A stretch of 63,031 bases of DNA, filler included, from Folioceros fuciformis (lineage: Eukaryota): assembly GCA_049999805.1 (NCBI GenBank). It is 18 parts of 18 records of this genome, joined end to end, with 100 filler letters (N's around TTAATTAATTAA, not from the genome) between each part and the next. Parts side by side here need not be neighbours in the genome. Positions count along the whole stretch, not along the records: positions 1 to 5,946 come from JBNGIO010006688.1; positions 6,047 to 12,430 come from JBNGIO010006690.1; 16 more parts are not named here. One strand, written 5' to 3'. This document shows, piece after piece, positions 1 to 12,122 of this stretch. Position 1 is the stretch's first letter. Each line of letters begins with the position of its first letter. A program made the position numbers and the translations under genes. The notes under the pieces were generated by a model that saw nothing but the letters and a program-made list of their open reading frames with translations, was not told where the DNA came from and ran no database searches.

Positions 1-47
1 TGATGTCCGTATGATGCCCATATCACAAATTTGCCCATATCACAAAT

Positions 48-60
48 TGGTATCAGAGCC
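48..60 (+). promoter_or_regulatory. Primer-binding site, initiator tRNA-Met (element A)
   Basis: TGGTATCAGAGCC, the canonical plant tRNAiMet PBS, a few nt after a CA LTR end. Confidence 0.93.
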
Positions 61-930
61 ATTCTGAATCATGCCGTAGTTCGGTATTACCAATGCCCCG
101 CGTCATTGGATCAAGGCCGCAATTTTAATTGACCCAAGGAAGCGGGAACGGCGGCTTGTTTTCAACATTCTACGATGTCTTAGGAGCGCAATTAGGCGTC
201 TTTTCTCCCTGATGTTGATAGGGATGGACAGGACAAACGCTCTCTCCAGAGACCGCGCAAATTAGAACACGCAAGTAATTTTGGCAGGCACAAAGCAAAT
301 GGGAGTGTTTTGAGAGAAAGCACAAGTGACTTGCTTACAAATATGCCTTGCAGGAGGAATGACAGCAGATTCCAACATTGCTGTAATCAGCCAGCACGTG
401 AATACACTTGCTGTCATCAGCAGTATACACAGACTCCTACACGATGCAATAGTTCAGTTTTTCCTGTCCAGAGTAAAGACCCAGCACTCTTGGCCATTAA
501 GAACCTCAGATCACACTTAAGACTTCTGCAAGAATACACACATGTAGCAAAACATAATCATAAGAAAGAACTGATCTCTTTGCACAAACAAATTGGAGTT
601 TTGACTAAGCAATTTACACGACTGTCACATGACTTTGCTAACTTAGAACTAGTTGCTGCAACCCGTCTTCATACAAACAAATCACCTGACATCTCCTGTT
701 CAGATTCCTCCTACGGCTACTTGCTCATGCCTGAACCCATTGAACAAGTCTTAGAGTCTCTCTCCACCATGTTTGGGGAAGATCCCAATACTGTCTGACC
801 CCTTAGCCATTAGGTCAGCGAGGCTAATTGTAGCATAGCCTTATTTTGCATGTGGTCTCCTCCAAACAGATCTTTACATTATATCCCACGTTTTCCCAGA
901 CCAGTCCCTTTTCCTCACACAGTACAAACC

Positions 931-3900
931 ATGGCTACAGGAGGAGGTGGTAGCACTAGTACCATCATTAACAATACCACAAAAATTGACTTCAAAGACC
1001 GAGATCGGTTTAATGGCACTGATTACCCAGTCTGGGAGATGCGGATTACGGCGTTGCTGGAGGAGCATGACCTAATGGATATGGTCCTTGGAAAAGTAGC
1101 CAAGCCGACTGATGTTGATAAGCTGACCGTCTGGAACAAACAGGATAAGCGAGCCAGAAGTATTATACTTTTCGCACTGGACAAGAATATGATTCAGCAT
1201 ACCCAAGGCCAAGGTACATCAGCCGAAGTATGGAAGGTTTTCACGGACCTATTCGCAGCTAAGGACTCCATGTCCTTAGTTAATGCAACTAGATTACTAT
1301 ACGCTCTCCGTATGAAAGATACGGACAGCATTGAGCATCATGTGCATAAATTCCGCACCTTGAGAGCCAAGCTCGCCTCTTGTGGCCAGGACCTGACTGA
1401 ACCACAAGCAGTGGTTGCTCTTTTAACGTCACTTCCACCCAGCTATAGGGCTTTTGTCAGCACGCAGACTTCCATCACCAGGCAAGGTGCTGCTGGTGCT
1501 GCAACAACAGTGGCACAAATTGTTGGAGCCCTGCTTGAGGAGGAGTCAAGCAGGACAGGATCAGGAAGTGGACGTACTCAACATCACAACTCGCAAGTTC
1601 TTTTTACCTCCAGGGGACGTGGGCGAGGTCGAGGTCCTTATAGGCCACCTTTCCAATCCAGGAGACCCTACACTTCACCCTCCTTTCCACAGATGCAGCG
1701 AAAGGTTAAAGGTACATGTCACTGGTGTCGAATACCAGGACATTTTGAGCATGAGTGTAGAAAAAAGCGCGCTGGGGAACCCAGGCGAGAAGCTCCTCTT
1801 GGAGGAGAATCACACCTAGTGACTCGTGGACAAACAAGCAGCCCACAACGTGTTAAGTCTCCAACCATTTTGGCAGTGTGCCTATCCTTAACACAAGCAG
1901 ATAGTGACATGTGGTTTCTCGATTCTGGCGCAACAAACCACATATGCCAACTGCGAGAGAAGTTCATCACTTACACTGCCACTTCGTCTAGTCAATTTGT
2001 GCTGCTCGGCGATGACAGTGGTTTGGCCGTAGCAGGCTTAGGAGAAGTCCTGTTACCCCTGGGAGGAGACAAAGAGATACATCTTCTGAACGTACTCCAT
2101 GTACCTAGCATGACTAAGAACTTGCTATCTATACGAAAGCTTATTTTAGACCATGAGCTACAAGTAGTTTTTACACCTACTGGCTGCATGGTTACATCAG
2201 CATATGATACATCCCTCCTACTTGCAACGGGAGTGGTATATCATGACCTATATAGGTTTGAGGCAGTATCTTCAGCAGCCCGCTCATTAGTTATTGACGC
2301 TCGACCTGATGTGGATAAGACTTTGCTCTGGCACTGTCGCATGTGTCACCCCAGCATCACCTACATACGACAGCTGGTTGGTAAGCCAGAACTATATAAA
2401 GATGCTTTAACATTTAAAGTTACTGATCACCTTTTCTGTGAGAACTGTCAAGTAGGGAAGTTGGCTCAGAAGCCATATAATGACCCTGAGCCTACAAAAG
2501 CAGCAGGCCTTCTCGATATGGTCCATTCTGATATATGTGGACCCATGTCCACGAGCTCTTTTGGTGGAGCTATCTATTTTTTAACCTTTCTGGATGAATG
2601 GAGTCATTTTTGCACCTTATATTTCCTGCATGGCAGACACCAAACATATGACAAGTTTGTAGAATACGTGCACATGGCTGAAACACAAACTGGAAAAACA
2701 CTAAAGAGATTGCGCAGTGACAATGCACCAGAGTACCTCAGCCATGTTTTTCAGTCCTTCTGTCAGGAGAAAGGAATCATCCACCAACTTACTGTGCCAT
2801 ACCACCCTGCACAAAACTCTTTCGCAGAACGTTACAACCGCACGTTACAGGAAAGATGCAGGGCTACACTCTCATTGGCAGGCCTGACCAGAGGATACTG
2901 GGCCGAAGCTATTGCAGCTGTAAACTATGTTCATAACAGACTGCCAGCAAAGCCCCTATTTGATCACACACCTTTTGAGAGATGGCATACTTCTAAACCT
3001 CGAATCAGCCATCTTCGTATTTTCGGTTCTGCAGCATATGCTTATGTACCTGCTGACAAGAGAGGAAAGATGGATAATCGGGCAACCAAGCACATTTTTG
3101 TCGGCTATTCTGACACTTCCAAAGGTTATAGGCTCTACAACCCTTACACTAAGCAACTTACCTTGGCCCGTAGTGTTAGCTTCAATGAGAGTTTTATTCT
3201 GAATGCACATCTCCAGTCCTCCACTAGCCATGAGCCTCTTCCACAACCTTCCTTGTATGGCCACCTTCCATTAGATCAGTCCATTGATAATACAACTGAT
3301 TTCGATACTGATATGGTTGAATTCTTACCTGATCTTACAGCCCAAACCACACCAGTAGCAGCTATCCCCATTCTAGCACCTGTCAATGATCAGTTGTTAG
3401 ATGCGCCTGCACAGCATAATTTAGTGGATGAATTAGACCAACCACACAATATTCTAGTGGACGATTTAGACCAACCTGCAGACTTACCAGATCCACCTGC
3501 AGTCTTACCAGATCCACCTGTTGACTTACCATTAGAGGCTCCAGCTGTGACACCTTTGAGAAGATCAGCCAGGTCACATCGCCCTCGTGAAGAGTGGCTT
3601 AATCCACCTTATTCACCTGGTGATACTTTTACCTATCAATCACAGCCAGATCATGTAGCACAACCTCGTGCGAGTCTCTCAGCTTTTGCTTATGCAGCAG
3701 CATCTTCTGTCCTAGATCCCCCTGAAACACCACTCACCTATCAAGAGGCATTGTCTGGTCCTCAAAAGGCAGAATGGCAGAAGGCTATTGATTCAGAATA
3801 TAACAGTCTTATATCAAACAAGACATGAGAGTTGGTAACCTTACCACCAGATCGTAAACCCATCACATCCAAATGGGTTTTCAAATTGAAGCTCCATCCA

Positions 3901-5334
3901 GACGGTTCAGTAGCCCGCTATAAGGCCAGGTTAGTGGCGAGGGGCTACACTCAGGTCCATGGTCTGGATTACACAGAGACCTTTAGCCCAGTTGTAAAGC
4001 CAACGTCTATGCGTATATTACTCTGCTATGCTGTCAAACATAAGTTGATTGTCCATCAAATGGACGTCAAGACCGCTTTTTTAAATGGAGATCTTACCGA
4101 GGTGATTTTTATGAACCAGCCTGAGGGCTATATTGTCGATCACACCAAGGTATGTAGACTCCTGAAATCCCTGTATGGATTAAAACAGTCAGCACGCCTA
4201 TGGAATTCACGTGCTGATAAGAAACTACGCAAGCTGGGTTTTGTACCTCTAGCTGCTGATTGCAGCGTCTATGTCCTCAAGAAGACCAATCAGATATGCA
4301 TCATTGCTTTGTATGTTGATGATAATTTCATCTTCGCAAGTGACAACCAGATCCTGACCTACATCAAGCGAGAACTCTCCCAGGAGTGGGACATGACTGA
4401 TGTCGGACCTTTAAAGTTTGCACTTGGCATTCAGTTTGCTTTTGATATGGGCAAGACCTGTGTATGTATTCATCAATCACATTTTATACGTCAGCTTCTC
4501 ACTAAATTTAATCTGCTGGATGTAAACCCAGTCTCTACTCCAGTTTCCACTAGTGACAAGCTATCTATTGAGGACAGCCCAACTACTGATAATGAACGAG
4601 CAGCTATGTCAACTATACCTTACAGAGAGGCAGTTGGGAGCCTTTTATATTTAGCTGGCTGGACTCGTCCAGATATTTCCCAGGCTGTCGGTATAGTCTC
4701 ACGCTTCCTCAGCAACCCTGGACAAAAGCATTGGGTCGCTGTGAAACGTATCCTTCGTTATTTGAAAGGGACCCAACACATGTATCTGGAGTATTCACAA
4801 CATGGCAGCAGTATTCTTACCTCGTTTTCTGATGCCGACTGGGCAGGGGACATTGATTCTCGGAAGTCTATAGCAGCTTATTGTGTCCTGCTGCAAGGTT
4901 CAGCAATCAGTTGGCAATCAAAAAAGTTATCCACTGTCAGTCTCTCCTCAACCGAGGCAGAGTATGGTGCTCTTTCGCTTGCTGCTCGTGAGATCACTTG
5001 GGTCAGACAGTTTCTTGATGGTATTCACTGGGAGCAACCTGGAGCAACCCTGTTGCAGTGCGACAACCAGTCAGCTATCGCGCTGACAGCCAACCCCATC
5101 CTGCACGCGCGATCAAAGCATATTGAGATTCAATTTCATTTTATCCGTCAAGCAGTGGAAATGGGAATCATACAGCTCCAATATGTTCACACCTCAGCCA
5201 ACATTGCTGACATTCTTACTAAGGGACTCCCTAAGATGTCACATGATCAGCATAGATGCTCCCTCGGGCTTAATGATTCCACCAACACTTATCTTAAAGC
5301 AGCGAGTCGGGATCCTCCTCTGGATTCAGCTTGA
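931..5334 (+). pseudogene. Copia Gag-Pol polyprotein with one in-frame premature stop
   Basis: ATG 931 (MATGGGG); zinc knuckle CHWCRIPGHFEHEC; protease WFLDSGATNH; integrase HHCC (WHCRMCH...CENC) and catalytic core; RT YVDD; RNase H DADWAGD. TGA at 3826-3828 replaces the conserved W of N-K-T-W-E-L-V and the frame continues to 5334. Confidence 0.93.
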
Positions 5335-5890
5335 TTTTGAGCCCTACGATGCAGCATTGGGCCATCCCCTCCATTTTCAGTTCCTATGTGTGACGCACAG
5401 GATCGTTTCGGGAGCCCTAGCTGCAAATCACTACACCCCTGTTAATCCTGGATGAATCAACACTCTCAGCTAAGCAGGTTAGCAGGACTGGTGATCACTT
5501 ACCTTCGATAGCAGAATTAAGCAGCTTGGAAGTTCGCGAGTTACCTCCTCTCTCGCCATTCTTAAGCCGGCGACAGCAGCGGGCGTCTTCGCGCATTTCC
5601 TTCCTCACCTTTTTTTTTATGGGAACTTCATCAGGCGCCTTATCTTCAGCTACATCAACCAGGTTTTGCATCCGCCTTCTGCTTCCAGCTCTGTGTGATG
5701 CAGAATGCCTCGGAGGCAGCAGGATCCAAATAGCGAGTATGATCGCAATCGCGAGCTCTAACAGGTGAGCTGTGATCAGACTGTATGATCGTTTTTATGC
5801 AAGCCGTGAGCACTTTACTGAAGACGGGCGCGCACCTCTACCGGACCTCGTGGATTACGTATCCAAACGTTTTGTTTTCGAGTTAGGTCT

Positions 5891-5899
5891 GAGGGGGCG
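5891..5899 (+). promoter_or_regulatory. Polypurine tract (element A)
   Basis: GAGGGGGCG, matching AAGGGGGCG just before the LTR of element B. Confidence 0.8.
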
Positions 5900-5946
5900 T
5901 ATTGGATAATATGGTTTTGTTTCATACCTAACTCTAGTTAAGAGTA

Positions 5947-6046
5947 NNNNNNNNNNNNNNNNNNNNNNNNNNNNNNNNNNNNNNNNNNNNTTAATTAATT
6001 AANNNNNNNNNNNNNNNNNNNNNNNNNNNNNNNNNNNNNNNNNNNN
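5947..6046. other. Artificial contig-joining spacer (first of 17)
   Basis: 100-nt N run with central TTAATTAATTAA (stops in all six frames). The same spacer begins at 12431, 15789, 22505, 23985, 26428, 29159, 31641, 32917, 36720, 38693, 41588, 43691, 46077, 47604, 55825 and 60608. The N run at 9623-9722 lacks the motif and is an intra-scaffold gap. Confidence 0.98.
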
Positions 6047-7055
6047 GCAATTGTGTGTATATGTGGTAATACACGCAATTCAATTTATCAACATGGTATC
6101 ACAGCATTAATGTTGTATATTTCTATAGGTGCAATGTTTCTATCCTGGTGTATTAGATGTCTGTAGAAAGGAGTACGTTCTCTTGATACAAAGTCTCTTC
6201 TACTCTTACACATCTGCATCAGCGATGGGTTTTTAACCGAGATATTGCACGATAGAAAATGCAAACGCAAAATTTCCGCCGCGCGGATCTGGCTGCTTTA
6301 CGGCAGCAGGTTCGACTGTTTTAAATCCGGTTGAAGATGACTCGACGGGGACGATCTCGCGTCGAGCGATCCACATCTCCCACCTGCCATCAATACAGAG
6401 AGAGGAATCAAATTTTCAGGATTCGAGAGGGGTCGGATCTGGAGGAGACTTTTCAATCCAGTGTCCCTGATCTACCTGAAATTGTTGGAGCATATAGGAT
6501 GCTCAACAATCGGCTTACCACAACGGAAACAGTACTTCTTGCTACTCTTTCTCGGCAGAGCGAGATTCACACTGCCCGGCATCAGGAATTTCTGGAAGCC
6601 ATTGATCATCTCCTGCGCAGGCAAACCTTCGCTATTAAAGGGCGTTCAGCAACTTACAGATCTGGTCACAGATTTGCAGCGGCGAGTTGCCTTCAAATTC
6701 GAAGTCCTAGCCTCTGAATGCTCTGGCTTCGCCGCGCGAGATGCCTAGATCGCAACCGTCGCCAGATGCTTGCTGAAGGGGCGCGTTGGCTGCTTGCGTG
6801 GCATCGCCGATTCCTCCCGCCGCAGCGTCGGTGTGGGTGCCCTATGCGCCTCCTCCCGGTTGCCTGCGCCCTTTCACTCCAGCCGCGAAGCGCTGGGTCT
6901 CGGCCCCAATCGACAACCATCTATGTCGGTTGACACCTCTTGATTGCCTCGCTCCTTCACCTTGCAATCCTTGCAATCCTGACCCATTTTTTTGAAGATG
7001 ACCCTGTACCAGCCTGATCACCTGGATTAGCGTCTTCTTCACAAAGCAGGTCAGC

Positions 7056-10000
7056 ATGGCCACAGGAACAGGCGGAGGAGGAGGAACAGGAGGAAGTGCA
7101 GTAGGTGGTGGCGGAGGGGGAGGAGGTGTAGTCACCCTCCCGCTCCCTGCCGTACCTGTGATTCCTCAGCCATCCTACTCTGTTGAGTTCAAGGAGCGGG
7201 ATCGATTTAATGGGATGAAATTCGAAGGTTGGAAGGTGCGCATGACAGCTGCCCTGCAAGCGAGACACGTTTGGGGAGTTGTTAGTGGCACGCTTAAGGA
7301 ACCTCCACAATCTGCCACACAGGAGGAAAAGGACAAATGGGCAAACCTGAATTATGTCGCTCGCGCCGTCTTAATTAGCGGACTGGATGAGACACTGCTT
7401 GCAGACGTTGCCTTCCTCACCAAGGCTGACGAGATTTGGACTCTCCTGACTCAGACTTATGAAGCCAAAAATATTCTTACCATGTGTGCCGTTCGAGGAG
7501 AGCTCTTCTCTCTGCGTCTTAAGGAGGGTGAAAAGGTGTCCCCTTTTGTCATCCGTTTTCGCCAACTTCGTGCCCAACTCATCAACTTGGGTTCTCAATT
7601 CCCGGAGCTTGATGCAGTTAGTCAGTTGTTGACGAGTCTGCCCCCCAACTATCAGACTTTCGTCTCCAGCTATGGTGCCACAGTTCGCGCTGCTGATGCT
7701 GCTCGGGCCGCAGGTTAGCCTACCAACATCAACCTGGCTGATGTTATTGGCGCCTTGCTACAGGAAGAACAAAGCAGGGCTACTTCTACTTTACATGGTG
7801 GACGAACCAGGACAGACAAGGTCCTTTCGACTCAAGTAAAGCAAAACCGGAGGAAACCTACCTCGAGTGGAGGTGCAGGTTCTTCGAAGACCATTTCTGT
7901 GAAACATACTGGCGCCTGTAATTGGTGTGGTATACAGGGCCACTGGGAGAGAGAATGTCGGAAGAAAAAATCTGGCGAGCCTCGTAAAGCTGAGAAGCCT
8001 TTGAAACAGGCTGAGGCACACTTGGCTGCCAAGGATCGGCTTTCTCAGTCGATCACAAGTAAACCACCTGTCGTCATGACAATCTGTCTTGTGTCTTCTG
8101 CACATCCTTCCCCACAGTGCTGGTATTTAGATTCAGGAGCTACATCTCATATTTGCAAAGATAAGTCCCTGATTAGCAATTTTCAGTCATCTACCACTTC
8201 AGATAAAGTGCTTTTGGGTGATGAACTTACCCGTACAGGTCTGCAGATAGAAGGCTCTGGGTCCTGTCGCTTTATATTGCATGATGGTTCCATCCTTCAC
8301 TTGGATAACGTCCTGTATGTGCCCCGCATGGCTAAACATCTGCTTTCTGTTAGCCAACTTATGTCCTTACGCACTTTCGATCTGCTCTTCACTTCTTCAC
8401 GCTGTGAGCTTATGAAGAGAGGGGAGAGAGGTAAGGTAGTTGCTACAGGACACTTAGTGCACGATTTATATCAACTTGATTTAAAAGCCATACCTGTGGA
8501 CACTGCCAATGTCACTCTGTCCACCCAAGCTGCTCAAGCCAGTCTCTGGCACGCACGTCTAGGACATGCCAATCGGGATAAGCTCATCAAGATGTCCAAC
8601 CTAACCTGTTACAGGGAACCACTGCCCAAATGTTTCAAGGACTTGCCTTTGTGCGATGCTTGTGTGATAGCAAAGCAAAAGGAAGTGCCCTTTCCCAAAC
8701 AGACAGCATATAGAGCTTCTCAGATTCTGGACCTCGTGCACACAGACATCTCTGGGAAGATTCACATACCTTCTCTAGGTGGTGCCTTGTATTATCTTAC
8801 ACTCACGGATGACTTCAGTAGGTATTCATGGACCTACCCGATGCGTTTGAAGTCAGACACCTTTGCTTTCTTCCAGGAATGGCTGCAGATGGTTCAGAAA
8901 CAAACAGGTCGCCAGCTGAAGTGCTTGCGTTCAGATAATGGTACAGAATTTACACATGGCAACTTCAACCAGTTTCTTCTTGACCGAGGGATTGTCCGTC
9001 AGCTCATAGTCCCTTATACCCAGCAGCAGAATGGCATTGCTGAGCGCCGCAACCAGACCCTGTTAGGCATGACGCGCAGCATGCTGGAATGGTCAGGTCT
9101 CAGCAAAGCATTCTGGGCAGAAGCAGTGGTGACTGCGACTTACATCCTTAATCGTCTCTTGACAAGTGCTGTGGATGGCAAAACACCTTATGAGGTTATA
9201 TGGCAAAGGAAGCCGAGTTTACTTCATCTTCGAGTATTTGGCTCTCCTGCTTATGCATATATCCCTGCTGAAAAGCGAAGAAAGTTAGATGCACGGGCTA
9301 AACCCCTGCTGTTTGTTGGGTATGGTGAAGAAGCGAAAGCTTACAAGTTGTATGATTCACTCACCCAGTCAGCACAATTCGCTAGGAGTGTTACCTTTCG
9401 AGAACTCATCAGTCCTGCCAAACCTTATTTTGAATCAACACTTTCTGTACCAGCGAATCTTACCGATGCAGATGCCAGTGCAGAAGAGGACCTGTCTGAG
9501 TTCCCCCAGGATGATTTTATTGATGTCAGCTCAGTGGTCCAACCAGTTGTTTTGCCTGACCCTGGTCTCTTGCAGTTTCCAGTGGCACAACCCGTTGCTC
9601 CTGCTGCTGCTGCCGGTGTCCCNNNNNNNNNNNNNNNNNNNNNNNNNNNNNNNNNNNNNNNNNNNNNNNNNNNNNNNNNNNNNNNNNNNNNNNNNNNNNN
9701 NNNNNNNNNNNNNNNNNNNNNNCCCTTCCTGCTCCTCCGCCTGAACACCGGTACCCCACTCGTGAGAGAGTGCCCCCTGCTCACTGGAAGGAGCCTCCGT
9801 ATCAGTCTGTGGACTATCGGCGTCCTAGGGCTGGCATGTCTCTCAAGACTAATAACTCTGAGTTTCCTTTTCTCAAGCCTGAGCCCCGCACTTACACTGA
9901 AGCTGTTACTGGCCCAGACAAAGCACACTGGATTCCATCCATCAAGGATGAGTATGACTCGCTTATCAAGAATGGTACCTGGGATCTCTGTCCTCTGCCT

Positions 10001-11461
10001 GTTGGCCGCAAAACTGTCAGTTGTAAGTGGGTTTTCAAGCATAAACTGAATGAAAAAGGGGAGATTGCTAGATACAAATCCCGTCTTGTGGCTCGGGGTT
10101 TTACTCAGATTCCCGGTGTTGACTTTCAAGAAACCTTCAGTCCTGTCGTCAAAACCCAGTCCATCCGAATGATACTTGCCCTCGCCGCTGCCAATGCTTG
10201 GGACTTGCAACAGATGGACGTGTGTACCGCCTTTCTGTACGGTGAGCTTGACGAGGACATCTATATGCAGCAACCTGAAGGTTTTATTGCTCCAGACCAT
10301 CCTACCTGGGTGTGCCGTTTAAAGAAGACCATTTACGGTCTTAAGCAATCCGCCCGGGAATGGTACAAAACCATCGACAAGTATTTGCAGTCCATTGGTT
10401 TCGTGCAGAACCCTGGTGATGCCAACGTGTATATATATACCAAAGGAGGTCATCTCGTCATACTGGCCTTGTACGTTGATGACGCTATTCTGGCATCAAA
10501 CAACTCTGAGTTACTTGCCTGGGTCAAGGGCATGCTGCACCAACAGTTTGACATGAAGGACATCGGCCCTCTTACCTTTGTTCTTGGGGTTCAACTTGTC
10601 CGCAACTTGGAGGATCAGACTCTCATGCTTCACCAAAGCAAATATATTGCCGAAACTCTCTGCCGTTTTCACCTTGATTCTGCCAAGCCCGTTTCCACCC
10701 CTGGTGTTCCAGGTCTCAAGCTTTCTGCTGATGACTGTCCACAAGATGATCATGAGCGCCAGGCTATGTCTCAGTTTCCATATCGTCACGCTGTTGGCTG
10801 TCTGAATTACATCAGCTGTTGGACCCGCCCTGATATTCAATACGCTGTTAGCTCGGTTTCCCAGTTCCTTGACAATCCTGGCCAAGTTCACTGGGCAGCC
10901 GTCAAGCGTATCTTGCGCTATCTTAAAGGCACAATGAATCACGGCTTATGCTTCAGGGGGCGAGATACAACACCTACCGTGTGTGGTTATGCCGATGCTG
11001 ATTGGGCAACAAACCCTGACGCCAGACGAAGCATATCAGCCTACTGTTTCATTCTCTCAAATGCTGTTGTTCACTGGAGCTCAAAGAAGCAGGCTTCCGT
11101 TTCTCTGTCCTCTACTGAGGCAGAGTACAAAGCCCTAACTGAAGCTGCCAAAGAAGCAATTTGGGAGCGTGCCTTCCTGCAGGGTCTTGGTTTTCCACAG
11201 CTGAAGCCCACTCTTATCCACTGCGACAATGTTTCCACTATCAGTATGACAGCAAACCCGCGTTTCCATGCCCGAACAAAGCACATCGAGGTGCAGCATC
11301 ATTTTATTCGTCAACAAGTGGAACAGAAGGTGGTGCGACTTCAGCATGTCTCAACAGATTACAACACTGCAGACTTGTTGACCAAGTACCTGCCCGCGAG
11401 TAAACATTATCAATTCATGGAGGCGATGGGTGTTGCACCATGTTCTCCGTCTCAATCCTGA
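7056..11461 (+). pseudogene. Copia Gag-Pol polyprotein (one in-frame TAG, 100-N gap)
   Basis: MATGTGGGG start; TAG at 7716-7718 inside gag with the frame continuing (AAG*PTNINLADVIGALLQEE); CNWCGIQGHWEREC; WYLDSGATSH; WHARLGH...CDAC; YVDD; DADWATN. The gap at 9623-9722 separates the INT and RT ORFs. Confidence 0.92.
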
Positions 11462-11540
11462 CATATCCAAGCCACAGCCGATGCGGATGAAGCTCCACAG
11501 TCCAGTCCTAATCGCATACTGCAGCTTATGGTGCCTATGG

Positions 11541-11876
11541 TCACTTTTCAGGCAGAAGTGGACAGGCGCCTGCTCTTTTCAGTTGCTCTGCCAGCACCTT
11601 TTCTTCAGTCAGTTGCTGGCGCCTTTCAGGCCAGGCAACCCTAAACCCAGGCACTCTCTTCGCCGAAAATGCAATCCACAGTCGACACTCCCAGCCTGCG
11701 AGACGCCATGTCTGGTCCGTCGTTATTTCACTCCAGCTGCTTACAGGCAGCTGATAGGTGGTGCGGCCCGCTCTCTTTCTGCGCCCTCTCTGTTGTTCTC
11801 TTATGTGTTGATACAGGAGGGACACAGCAATCACGATTGCACAGACTGCGAGACTCAGGCTGAAGAATCCCGTCAT
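11541..11876 (-). CDS. Antisense additional ORF of copia B, putative single-pass membrane protein (111 aa)
   Basis: ATG-started; hydrophobic N-terminus FFSLSLAVCAIVIAVSLLY followed by basic QQRGRRKR; lies between the pol stop and the PPT; similar architecture in element A. Confidence 0.45.
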   Translation of the reverse strand: MTGFFSLSLAVCAIVIAVSLLYQHIREQQRGRRKRAGRTTYQLPVSSWSEITTDQTWRLAGWECRLWIAFSAKRVPGFRVAWPERRQQLTEEKVLAEQLKRAGACPLLPEK

Positions 11877-11922
11877 GGCTGCAACTTCGCCACGCTAACA
11901 GTGCGCTCCGTTTAAGGGGGCG

Positions 11923-12122
11923 TGTTTGAAGTAAAACCCCTCGTTAGGGTTACATACATATAAACGTAGCTTATGTTAGCTAGTTAGGATTATGAGAGAT
12001 TAATGAACAGTCGTGACTCTTGATATATTGTATATAAGACACATCAGGTTCCAAAAATTATATACTTTGCTTTTGGCAATTGTGTGTATATGTGGTAATA
12101 CACGCAATTCAATTTATCAACA
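11923..12122 (+). repeat. Complete 200-bp LTR of element B
   Basis: Begins TGTTTG immediately after the PPT and ends AACA immediately before a PBS; its last 47 nt equal 6047-6093; TATA-like TATAAA near 11960. Confidence 0.9.

Larger units (their letters stand above)
1..5946 (+). mobile_element. Ty1/copia LTR retrotransposon A (internal region complete, LTRs truncated by contig ends)
   Basis: LTR end then PBS TGGTATCAGAGCC at 48-60; domain order gag-PR-INT-RT-RH; PPT GAGGGGGCG at 5891-5899 followed by the 3' LTR start (TATTGG, probably TGTTGG originally). Confidence 0.96.

Noticed and set aside
5991-6002. Recurring TTAATTAATTAA palindrome that could look like a repeat array
   Set aside because: Always centred in a 100-nt N block, so it is an artificial linker. 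ORFs ending in X...LIN are artefacts of it.
7716-7718. Programmed stop-codon readthrough between gag and pol
   Set aside because: The TAG lies inside gag before the zinc knuckle, and element A is open at the same position; a point mutation is simpler.
9623-9769. Apparent frameshift between integrase and RT in copia B
   Set aside because: It coincides with a 100-N gap of unknown true length.
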